A DNA stretch of 58,968 nt from Candidatus Omnitrophota bacterium (GTDB lineage Bacteria; Omnitrophota; Gorgyraeia; Duberdicusellales; Duberdicusellaceae). The stretch is from contig QNCG01000001.1 in NCBI GenBank assembly GCA_003644445.1, positions 1 through 58,968 on the forward strand, given 5' to 3'. Numbering within the stretch: position 1 is the stretch's first letter; the number at the start of each line of letters is the position of its first letter. Positions 27,385 through 34,766 of this stretch are shown here, piece by piece. The notes below the pieces were generated by a model. The model did not search any database. It saw only the letters and a list, made by a program, of their open reading frames with translations, and was not told the DNA's origin. A program made the position numbers and the translations under genes.

Positions 27385-28946
27385 TATTTTTTAAACAAAG
27401 AAATAATTATGCCTAAACTGGCAACAACCGACACAAACTCTAACCTTCCTGCCCACATCTGAATAATATAGGTAAGTTTAAGTAAAACTGGCATCTGAGG
27501 AGAAGTTATCCCTAAGGTTAAGCCGACATTAGCTGAAGCAGAAGTGGACTCAAAGAGAGCAGGCAAAAAAGGATACCCTAAAAGCACACCAATTACAGCT
27601 CCTCCCAGATAGCTTAAAAGATAAAAGAAAAAAACTATAAAAGCTAACTTTACCCTTCTGTCTTCTAAGAGAAAATCCTGAAGGTGGTGGTATTTTTCTT
27701 GCATCTTCACTTGCACGGGGAATATCCAAGTTTTAACCTCAGCAACAATGCTCTTAAACAAAAGGCCTATTCGCATCAACTTTATCCCTCCGGTAGTAGA
27801 ACCTACTCCTCCTCCTAAAGCCATGGCTATAATTATAAACACTAAACTTCCCTCAGGCCAACTTTTCAGTTGAGAAACTGTGAGATTGGAAAACCCACAA
27901 CCAGTATGAGCGGTAAGAATCTGATAAAGCCCCTTGCGAAAAAGTTCCAGCAAAGGGAGTTTAGAACTAAGAGCCAGAGTTAGGTTTAAAAATATAAACA
28001 GGAGAGAAAAACTTATAAAGAAAGTTCGGGTTTCTATGTTTTTCAGGATTTCTTTAGGGTTTTTTCTCCAGAGAAAATAATGGAGATTAAAATTCAGAGA
28101 ACCCAAAAGCATAACGATTAAAGTAGCTAACTCCAAGCTTAGCGAATGATAATAACTTAAATTAAGAGTTTGGGGGGTAAAGCCTCCGGTATCAAAGCCA
28201 GCCATAAAAAGAAACATCCCGTGAAAAAGAGCTTTTTTACAGGGAAGACCTGTTTTTAACCCCAGGAGAAAAAGAAGCAAACTTCCAATTACAAAATAGA
28301 CTAAAGTCACTGTCCAGATAAAGCGGGAGGTAGAGATTATACTGGGCAAGATTCGTTCTTGACGGGCTTCACCTACATAGAGCCCTACCCCGTAAGAAGA
28401 TGCTTTTTGAGAGAAAGATAAAGCTACGATAATAATACCCTGGCCTCCTAAAAACATTATAAAATGCCGGAAAAAGTTATGGGAATAAGAAAGGTGGTCT
28501 AAATCCCTAATAAGGGATAAGCCGGTAGTAGTGAACCCACTCATTGAATCAAAGAAAGCATCTAAAAAACTTTTAAAGTGTCCGGAAAACCAAAGAGGCA
28601 AAGCAGAAAAAAGAGGTAAAATCAACCAGACTAAGGCTACCAGAAGAAAAGCTAAAGAGTAGTCCAAATCCTGTTTATAAGGAAAAAATAAAAGAAAGAG
28701 TAAGCCTATAGTCTCAGTAATAAACAAAGAGGTTAAAAAATCAAAAAGGGCAGGGTTTTCTCCTAAAAAGAGGGCAATTGCTGCCGGCACTAAAAACAAA
28801 AGTCCCAGAAAGCAAAGAAGTCTCCCCAAAAGATTTAAAAGAGAAGAAATGCTTTCTTTACTAGGAGAAAAAATCATTATAGACAAGAAGTTAGAGTAAA
28901 TATTAGCAGGCTTAAAATAAATCCCCAGAGGAGGAAGAAGGCACAA
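27384..28946 (-). CDS. trkH: TrkH-family potassium uptake membrane protein
   Basis: 520 aa, polytopic, with repeated selectivity-filter-like GFTTTGLS, GFDTGGF and GSTTGGIK motifs. The true start may lie downstream of the listed one. Confidence 0.9.
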   Translation of the reverse strand: MCLLPPLGIYFKPANIYSNFLSIMIFSPSKESISSLLNLLGRLLCFLGLLFLVPAAIALFLGENPALFDFLTSLFITETIGLLFLLFFPYKQDLDYSLAFLLVALVWLILPLFSALPLWFSGHFKSFLDAFFDSMSGFTTTGLSLIRDLDHLSYSHNFFRHFIMFLGGQGIIIVALSFSQKASSYGVGLYVGEARQERILPSIISTSRFIWTVTLVYFVIGSLLLFLLGLKTGLPCKKALFHGMFLFMAGFDTGGFTPQTLNLSYYHSLSLELATLIVMLLGSLNFNLHYFLWRKNPKEILKNIETRTFFISFSLLFIFLNLTLALSSKLPLLELFRKGLYQILTAHTGCGFSNLTVSQLKSWPEGSLVFIIIAMALGGGVGSTTGGIKLMRIGLLFKSIVAEVKTWIFPVQVKMQEKYHHLQDFLLEDRRVKLAFIVFFFYLLSYLGGAVIGVLLGYPFLPALFESTSASANVGLTLGITSPQMPVLLKLTYIIQMWAGRLEFVSVVASLGIIISLFKK

Positions 28947-28980
28947 TAGAGAAATTCTATTAGAACCCCCTGGACAATCC

Positions 28981-29643
28981 TCATAATTTACCTAAAAGAG
29001 AGTTTATTAATTCCTTCTCTCTATCAATGCTGGTTATGCCGATAATTTCGTCTCCTAAAAGAAGTTCGGTCTCTCCCTTAGGAATGATAACTTCTCCTTC
29101 TCTAAGGATAGATACTAAAACTGTGTCCGGAGGCAGTTTTATATCTTTAATCTTTCGATTAATTGCTGGCGAATTCTCAGGTAAATCTAACCTTACAATA
29201 GAGAGATTTCCTTTCTTTATGCTTAAAAGATTCATAAAATCAGTAAAAGAGGCTTCTTCTTCGACGATTCGTGAAAGAATAGAAGTAGAATCTACTGGAG
29301 CGTCTATCCCTAAACTGGTAAACACTTTCAAGTGTCTGGGGTTATTTACTTTAGCTACTGTCCGCCTTACCTTAAAAAGCTCTTTAGCCAGCTGACAACT
29401 AATTATGTTTACCTCATCCTCAGAAGTCAAAGCTACGAAGGTATCTGCTTTTTCTAAACGGGCTTCTTTCAAAATTTCGGGTTGAGTGGCATCTCCTAAG
29501 ACTACCGGGATAGAACTATTCTGGGCAACAAACCTTACAGCTTCGGAAGCCTTCTCAATAAAACAGACTCTATGCTTATCAGCTAAGAGTTTATTAGCTA
29601 AGAAAAAACCAAGATTACCTGCTCCTACAATCACTATATACAT
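28981..29643 (-). CDS. trkA: Trk system NAD-binding protein TrkA (RCK N + C domains)
   Basis: 220 aa. It has MYIVIVGAGNLG Rossmann and C-terminal RCK_C regions. Confidence 0.9.
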   Translation of the reverse strand: MYIVIVGAGNLGFFLANKLLADKHRVCFIEKASEAVRFVAQNSSIPVVLGDATQPEILKEARLEKADTFVALTSEDEVNIISCQLAKELFKVRRTVAKVNNPRHLKVFTSLGIDAPVDSTSILSRIVEEEASFTDFMNLLSIKKGNLSIVRLDLPENSPAINRKIKDIKLPPDTVLVSILREGEVIIPKGETELLLGDEIIGITSIDREKELINSLLGKL

Positions 29644-29653
29644 AATACATAGC

Positions 29654-30052
29654 TTAGTTTATAAGGGCTTCTCTAAATCTATCTAAAAAAAGATTGCTCC
29701 GGTTAATAATGGTAAAACCTTTATTCCTGAAGACTTCTTCTTTAGAAAAACTAAAAACCTGAACTATCACTTTTCTAACCTTAAACACCTTCTTGGCTAA
29801 CTGACCTATCACCAGGTTTAAATTATCATTGCCAGTAAGAAGAAACAGAACATCGGCCTTTTCTATCCCAGCGGTTTTTAAGACCTCCAAATCTAAGGCA
29901 TCGGCGCGGATTGTCTGACCATTAAAATTAGAACCTAACTTCCTTAATGCTGAGAGTCTTTTGTCAATTACCACTACATCGTGCTTATCCAAAGAGAGTT
30001 CTCCGGCTAACTTTACTCCTAATTCTCCACAGCCTATAATTATTATATACAT
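29654..30052 (-). CDS. TrkA-N (RCK N-domain only) protein
   Basis: I place the start at the internal ATG (MYIIIIGCGELG), 4 nt after the rplT stop. The listed ORF start at 30103 would overlap rplT by 47 nt. It has a Rossmann GxGxxG and no RCK_C domain. Confidence 0.7.
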   Translation of the reverse strand: MYIIIIGCGELGVKLAGELSLDKHDVVVIDKRLSALRKLGSNFNGQTIRADALDLEVLKTAGIEKADVLFLLTGNDNLNLVIGQLAKKVFKVRKVIVQVFSFSKEEVFRNKGFTIINRSNLFLDRFREALIN

Positions 30053-30056
30053 TCCC

Positions 30057-30419
30057 TTAGCCTTCTCTGGTCTTAGGAAATACTTCCTCCACCAATTTAT
30101 CAAAAATTTTGGGCTCTTTCACTGCTAACTCTGCTAAAATATTTCGGGAAAGTTTTATATTTTTCTTTTTTAACCCTGAGATAAACTCACTATACTTAAA
30201 ACCCCTTGCTCTTATTCCAGCGTTAAGGCGGGTAATCCAGAGTTTTCTAAATTCGCGCTTTTTATTCTTTCTGTCCCGGTAAGCATAGACCAAGGCTCTC
30301 TGCACAGTCTCTTTTGCCCGACGATAGACTTTGCTCCTCTGAAACTTTGCTCCTTTAGCTAACTTGAGAATTTTTTTTACTCTTTTTCTTCGTGCAGTAC
30401 CATGAGAAGTCTTACTCAT
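30057..30419 (-). CDS. rplT: 50S ribosomal protein L20
   Basis: 120 aa, basic, with ARRKRVKKILKLAKG and YAYRDRKNKKREFRKLWITRLNA characteristic of L20. Confidence 0.95.
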   Translation of the reverse strand: MSKTSHGTARRKRVKKILKLAKGAKFQRSKVYRRAKETVQRALVYAYRDRKNKKREFRKLWITRLNAGIRARGFKYSEFISGLKKKNIKLSRNILAELAVKEPKIFDKLVEEVFPKTREG

Positions 30420-30440
30420 AAAGTCTCCCCCTTTCTCTCC

Positions 30441-30638
30441 TTAACTGTAAGGTAAAGCTCTCTTTACCATTTTAGTATATCTCTTTTTTACTAATCCTTG
30501 CTTGCGGAGCTGGCGCTTCCGCTTTTTGCTCTTGGAAGAAAGAAGGTGGGATTTGCCGGCTTTCCTTCTTAAAACTTTACCTTTTTTGGTAATCCTAACT
30601 CTTTTGGCTAAAGCTTTTTTTGTCTTTAACTTTCTCAT
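30441..30638 (-). CDS. rpmI: 50S ribosomal protein L35
   Basis: 65 aa, starting MRKLKTKKALAKRVRITKKGKVLRRKAGKSHLL, a typical L35. Confidence 0.95.
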   Translation of the reverse strand: MRKLKTKKALAKRVRITKKGKVLRRKAGKSHLLSSKSKKRKRQLRKQGLVKKRYTKMVKRALPYS

Positions 30639-31162
30639 CTCACACTCTCCCTCTCCTTTCCTGGACTTAAAACCATTACTATCATCTTTCCTAACTGCTG
30701 GGGTGACTTTTCCACCTTACTTACCCCAGAAAGGTCTTTTACTATCTTCTCTATTAGATGACGCCCGGTTTCGGGATGAATCATTTCTCTGCCTCGAAAA
30801 AAAATGCGTATTCTTACTTTATTTCCTTTCTCTAAAAATTTCTTAGCCTGAATTATTTTAATCTGGTAGTCATGTTCATCTATAGAGGGCCTTAATCTTA
30901 CTTCTTTTAAATAACTGGCTTTTCTGTGTTTCTTTGCTTCTCTCTCTCTTTTTTCCTGCTCATACTTATATTTGGAGAAATCCATTATCCGGCAAACCGG
31001 AGGATTAACTTGAGGAGCTACCTCCACTAAATCTAAATCAAATTCTTCTGCTCTTTTTAAAGCCTCTCTTATACTTACTATCCCCATCTGCTCTCCTTTT
31101 GGCCCAATCAACCTTACTGTAGAACTTCTTATCGCCTCATTAATTCTTATATCCCTTCTAAT
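30635..31162 (-). CDS. infC: Translation initiation factor IF-3, probable ATT start codon
   Basis: An IRINEAIRSSTVRLIG...VCRIMDFSKY core is present. The ATT at 31162-31160 sits 4 nt after a GGAGG and overlaps the thrS TAG stop by 1 nt. The upstream part of the listed ORF lies inside thrS. Confidence 0.85.
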   Translation of the reverse strand: MRRDIRINEAIRSSTVRLIGPKGEQMGIVSIREALKRAEEFDLDLVEVAPQVNPPVCRIMDFSKYKYEQEKREREAKKHRKASYLKEVRLRPSIDEHDYQIKIIQAKKFLEKGNKVRIRIFFRGREMIHPETGRHLIEKIVKDLSGVSKVEKSPQQLGKMIVMVLSPGKERESVR

Positions 31163-32888
31163 AACCCCTCCTTTCTTTTTTCTCCTTCTCCAACAAAAAC
31201 TTACAAAAGTCTTCAATCTTCATAGCTCCTAACTGCTGCCGGCCCCGAGTTCTTACATTGAGAGTCTGAGAACTCTTTTCTCTCTCCCCCACCACTACCA
31301 TGTAAGGAACTTTTTCTAATTCTGCATCTCTTATCTTTTTAGAAAGCGTTTCTTCTCTTAAATCAACTTCTACCCTGAACTCTTTAACTAAAATCTCTTC
31401 TACCTTCTTAGCATAATCTGAACAACTACTTTTTAAAGATAAGACTTTAATCTGCACTGGAGAAAGCCAAAAAGGGAAAGCTCCTTTGTAGTGTTCAATT
31501 AAAGTAGCCAAAAACCTTTCTAAACTTCCTAAAATAACCCGATGAATCATTACCGGGGTTTTCTTTTCTCCTTGTTCATCTATATAATAAAGTTCGAACC
31601 TCTGGGGCAAGAAAAAATCAACTTGAACAGTAGCACACTGCCAAGTTCTTCCTAAAGCATCTTTTAATTTTATATCTATCTTTGGTCCGTAGAAAGCCCC
31701 TTCTCCTTTACAAACCTCAAAAGAAAAACCCTTTTCTTTTAAAACCTCTTCTAAAATGGTCTCAGCCTTATCCCAAATATCTTCTTTGCCAATAAAGCTT
31801 TCTGGCCTCGTACTTAACTCTGCTTTAAAGTCCTTAAACCCGAATTCCTCCATAGCTTCTTTTATAAAACTTAAAACTCCCTTTATCTCCTCTTTTAATC
31901 CTTCTTCTCTACAAAATATATGGGCATCATCTTGAGTAAAGCCTCTCAAGCGTAAAAGCCCGTGGAGAACTCCTGACTTTTCTTTTCTGTAGACTGTGCC
32001 TAACTCAAAAATTCTCAGGGGTAAATCTCGGTAACTCCTTATCTTAGACTTATATATCAACATATGCCCGGGGCAATTCATAGGTTTTACTGCGTAAGAA
32101 GTAGTTTCTTCATCAATAACATACATAAGCTCTCGGTAATAATCTAAGTGTCCACTCTTTTTCCAGAGTTTGCTTTCCAAAATGTGGGGAGTATTAACTA
32201 AATTATAACCTCTTTTTAGATGCTCCCGAACTTCCCAGTCTTCTATTAATCTCCTTAGGATGGCTCCTTTCTCTAAATAAAAGACTAAACCTGCTCCTGC
32301 TTCGTCCTGATATATATCAAATAATCTTAATAAAGGTCCTAATTTCCGGTGGTCTCGGTCCTTAGCCTCCTTAAGCTGGGTGAGAAAATTTTCAAGCTCT
32401 GCTTCTTCAAAAAAAGCTGTCCCATAAATTCTCAGTAATTGAGGGTTAGTTTCCTTACCTTTCCAGTAAGCACCAGCTAGTGACAAGAGCTTAAAATATC
32501 TGACTTCTCCGGTAGAAGAAAGATGAGGGCCCTTACACAGATCTACGAAATCGCCATGCCTGTAGATAGAAACTTTTTCCTCTTCTATCTCCTTGATAAG
32601 TTCTACCTTATAGTTTTGTTGGGTTTCCTCAAAAAATTTTAAAGCTTTTTCTTTAGGCCACTCTTCATGGATAAAAGGATAATCCTCCTCTATTATCTTT
32701 TTCATTTCTTCCTCAATCTTAGGGAAGTCTTCTTCTTTTAGGCCTTGAGGAATATCAAAGTCATAATAAAAGCCATTCTCAATAGAAGGGCCTATCCCTA
32801 ATTTAGCCTGGGGGAAAAGTCTTTTCACCGCTGAAGCCATAATGTGCGAACAGGAATGCCTGAGTTTTTCTAAACCCTCCTTAGTCAT
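31158..32888 (-). CDS. thrS: Threonine--tRNA ligase (lacks N-terminal TGS domain)
   Basis: 576 aa. It starts at the editing/SAD region (LRHSCSHIMASAV). Class II motifs (FRxE-like YRKEKSG, GAFYGPKID) and an anticodon-binding domain follow. Confidence 0.95.
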   Translation of the reverse strand: MTKEGLEKLRHSCSHIMASAVKRLFPQAKLGIGPSIENGFYYDFDIPQGLKEEDFPKIEEEMKKIIEEDYPFIHEEWPKEKALKFFEETQQNYKVELIKEIEEEKVSIYRHGDFVDLCKGPHLSSTGEVRYFKLLSLAGAYWKGKETNPQLLRIYGTAFFEEAELENFLTQLKEAKDRDHRKLGPLLRLFDIYQDEAGAGLVFYLEKGAILRRLIEDWEVREHLKRGYNLVNTPHILESKLWKKSGHLDYYRELMYVIDEETTSYAVKPMNCPGHMLIYKSKIRSYRDLPLRIFELGTVYRKEKSGVLHGLLRLRGFTQDDAHIFCREEGLKEEIKGVLSFIKEAMEEFGFKDFKAELSTRPESFIGKEDIWDKAETILEEVLKEKGFSFEVCKGEGAFYGPKIDIKLKDALGRTWQCATVQVDFFLPQRFELYYIDEQGEKKTPVMIHRVILGSLERFLATLIEHYKGAFPFWLSPVQIKVLSLKSSCSDYAKKVEEILVKEFRVEVDLREETLSKKIRDAELEKVPYMVVVGEREKSSQTLNVRTRGRQQLGAMKIEDFCKFLLEKEKKERRGY

Positions 32889-33945
32889 CAGAAAAAACCC
32901 TCTCGTCCAACAGACCTAACTTTTGAAATTCTGAGAAGAATTTAGGATACATCCTCATTACTGGCTTCAACCTTCCTTTTATCCTGCCTTCAGGGGTTTT
33001 ACCTTCCATCTTAAAAGCAAAAATATCTTGGACAACAATCTCTCCTCTTTCTAGACCCCTAAGTTCAGCTATATGGGTTATCTTTCGCGAACCATCGGAA
33101 AGTTGTTCCTGCTGAATAATTATATTAATAGTCTGGGCTATCATCTTTCTTATCTCTTCAGGGGGGAGCTTTATCCCCGAAGAAAGGATAAGGGTTTCTA
33201 ATCTGGCTAACACTTCTGAAGGAGAATTGCCGTGAATTACCGCTAAAGTTCCCCGGTGTCCTGTAGACACAGCTTGAATTAAATCTAAAGCCTCTTCTCC
33301 CCTAACTTCTCCTAAGATAATTCTATCTGGTCTCATCCTTAAAGCATTCTTGATAAGGTCACGGAGAGTAACTTCTCCCTTTCCTTCTTCGTCAGGGTCT
33401 CTTGTCTCTAAAGAAACTAAATTCTTGTGATGAACTTTTAGTTCTGCTGTGTCTTCTATAGTAATAATTCGTTCCTCTTCAGAGATATGGTAAGAAAGCA
33501 TCTCTAAAGTGGTGGTTTTCCCTGAACCAGTGGCTCCTGAAATCAAGATATTTAACTTTCCTTTTACACAGGCAACCAAAAACTTAGCTGCCTTCTCAGT
33601 AAGAGTGTGGTTAGCTACTAAATCATCTAAACTCTTTAAATTGGTAGAAAATTTTCTTACAGTTATACTAGGGCCTTGTCGGGCCAAAGGAGGGATAATA
33701 GCATTGACCCGTGTACCATCTTCTAAGCAGACGTCAGCGTAAGGATGGTATTTATCAATCCTTTTCCCTTGGGAAGAAAATATTTCTTTTATTATTTCCA
33801 TAATTTCTTGCTCATTCTCAAAAGAAAAATCTAACTCTCTTTTCTGACCAAATTTTTCAATAAATATGCCTTTTGTCCCGTTGACCATAATCTCGGTAAT
33901 TTCTGGGTCTTTTAACAATTCTTTAAATCTTTCGTAAGTAGCCAT
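32881..33945 (-). CDS. CpaF/TadA-type secretion ATPase (T2SS/T4P/T4SS ATPase superfamily)
   Basis: 354 aa. Walker A is GATGSGKTT, Asp box is IITIEDTAEL, Walker B is RPDRIILGEVRG and His box is GHRGTLAVIHG. Its stop overlaps the thrS start by 8 nt. Confidence 0.85.
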   Translation of the reverse strand: MATYERFKELLKDPEITEIMVNGTKGIFIEKFGQKRELDFSFENEQEIMEIIKEIFSSQGKRIDKYHPYADVCLEDGTRVNAIIPPLARQGPSITVRKFSTNLKSLDDLVANHTLTEKAAKFLVACVKGKLNILISGATGSGKTTTLEMLSYHISEEERIITIEDTAELKVHHKNLVSLETRDPDEEGKGEVTLRDLIKNALRMRPDRIILGEVRGEEALDLIQAVSTGHRGTLAVIHGNSPSEVLARLETLILSSGIKLPPEEIRKMIAQTINIIIQQEQLSDGSRKITHIAELRGLERGEIVVQDIFAFKMEGKTPEGRIKGRLKPVMRMYPKFFSEFQKLGLLDERVFSDD

Positions 33946-33973
33946 TTTTGCCAGTCAAATATAAGCTTAAAAA

Positions 33974-34083
33974 TGGGCGGTACAGGACTTTCCGCCAGAG
34001 GCGGATCCGCCTAAATAATTTTTATTAATGTGGCGGAGAACCTGTGACCTTCCCGACGTAACCTCGGGACGCTCTAGCCACAT
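33974..34083 (-). pseudogene. tRNA-Val(UAC)-like element, 5'-truncated and interrupted by a 47 nt double-hairpin insertion in the T loop
   Basis: Minus strand reads TGGCTAGAGCG-TCCCGA-GGTTACG-TCGGGA-AGGTC-ACAGG-TTC[47 nt]AAGT-CCTGT-ACCGCCC-A. It shares its D-loop/D-stem string, acceptor 3' strand and 3' flank with the adjacent tRNA-Val(GAC). No matching 5' acceptor strand was found. Confidence 0.35.
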
Positions 34084-34196
34084 ATCTTATTAAACCTTCA
34101 TCGAATCTAAGCTAATTCCTCAACTGTAAGTAGCCTTTTTCTTCTATATGTCTATATTTCAATTAATATTCTCTTTCGAAACCCAAGCTTTAAATA

Positions 34197-34270
34197 TGGG
34201 CGGTAGAGGATTTGAACCTCTGGCCTCCACGATGTCAACGTGACGCTCTAGCCAACTGAGCTAACCGCCC
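34197..34270 (-). tRNA. tRNA-Val (anticodon GAC)
   Basis: Minus strand reads GGGCGGTTAGCTCAGTTGGCTAGAGCGTCACGTTGACATCGTGGAGGCCAGAGGTTCAAATCCTCTACCGCCCA. The anticodon loop is TTGACAT. Confidence 0.9.
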
Positions 34271-34298
34271 AAATATTTATCGCCCACCACAAAGGGAA

Positions 34299-34384
34299 TG
34301 CCGGAGGAGGGACTCGAACCCTCACGTCCCCCAAGGGACAACGGATTTTAAGTCCGTTTTGTCTGCCAATTCCAACACTCCGGC
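34299..34384 (-). tRNA. tRNA-Leu (anticodon UAA), class II
   Basis: Minus strand reads GCCGGAGTGTTGGAATTGGCAGACAAAACGGACTTAAAATCCGTTGTCCCTTGGGGGACGTGAGGGTTCGAGTCCCTCCTCCGGCA. The anticodon loop is CTTAAAA and the variable arm is long. Confidence 0.9.
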
Positions 34385-34401
34385 AAATCTTCTTTTTTCT
34401 C

Positions 34402-34556
34402 AGGCGTGGGCCGGGCTTGTCCCGCACTTTTAAAAAGGCGGCGAGCGGATTCGAACCGCTGAATAGTGATTTTGCAGACCACTGCCTTCCCCCTTGGCTA
34501 CGCCGCCAAAAAGTGCGGGGTTGCAGACCGCTACCTGATCACTCGGCCACCACGCC
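34402..34556 (-). other. Extended helix / tRNA-like outer shell enclosing tRNA-Cys
   Basis: Perfect 11 bp pairing CCCGCACTTTT/AAAAGTGCGGG (34509-34519 with 34421-34431). Outer pairing is GGCGTGG/CCACGCC (34550-34556 with 34403-34409) plus GCCG/CGGC. The outer 5' arm has a class-II-like D arm and a second CTGCAAC anticodon-type loop. No canonical T arm is present. Confidence 0.35.
34436..34507 (-). tRNA. tRNA-Cys (anticodon GCA)
   Basis: Minus strand reads GGCGGCGTAGCCAAGGGGGAAGGCAGTGGTCTGCAAAATCACTATTCAGCGGTTCGAATCCGCTCGCCGCCT. The anticodon loop is CTGCAAA and the discriminator is U73, typical of Cys. Confidence 0.9.
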
Positions 34557-34574
34557 TTAAACTGGCTTAACTTT

Positions 34575-34766
34575 CTACTTTGCCTGAATATAGCCCTGGC
34601 TTATTTCTTTTAAAGCTATCTTTATAGGTTTATCTTCTTTTTCGTCTTCAATTAAAGGTTGGGCTCCTTCAGCTAACTGTTGAGCTCTCTTAGCTACCAT
34701 TAAGGTCAGCTTATAAACTGAACCCTTAGCCTTATCTAAACATTCTTCTAAAGGCACATAACTCAT
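34575..34766 (-). CDS. rpoZ: DNA-directed RNA polymerase subunit omega
   Basis: 63 aa. GSVYKLTLMVAKRAQQL matches the omega core, and the gene sits in the conserved gmk-rpoZ position. Confidence 0.85.
   Translation of the reverse strand: MSYVPLEECLDKAKGSVYKLTLMVAKRAQQLAEGAQPLIEDEKEDKPIKIALKEISQGYIQAK

Noticed and set aside
31163-31216. The upstream extension of the infC ORF.
   Set aside because: It lies inside the thrS coding region. The conserved IF-3 sequence begins at the ATT at 31162, which has a good Shine-Dalgarno sequence.
34084-34196. The 110 nt spacer between tRNA-Val(GAC) and the Val-like element, considered as a possible small ORF or missing 5' tRNA half.
   Set aside because: The only ATG gives a 3-codon peptide. 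No GGGCGGT acceptor strand or convincing stem structure was found apart from the TTAGCTTAG D-arm-like string already noted.
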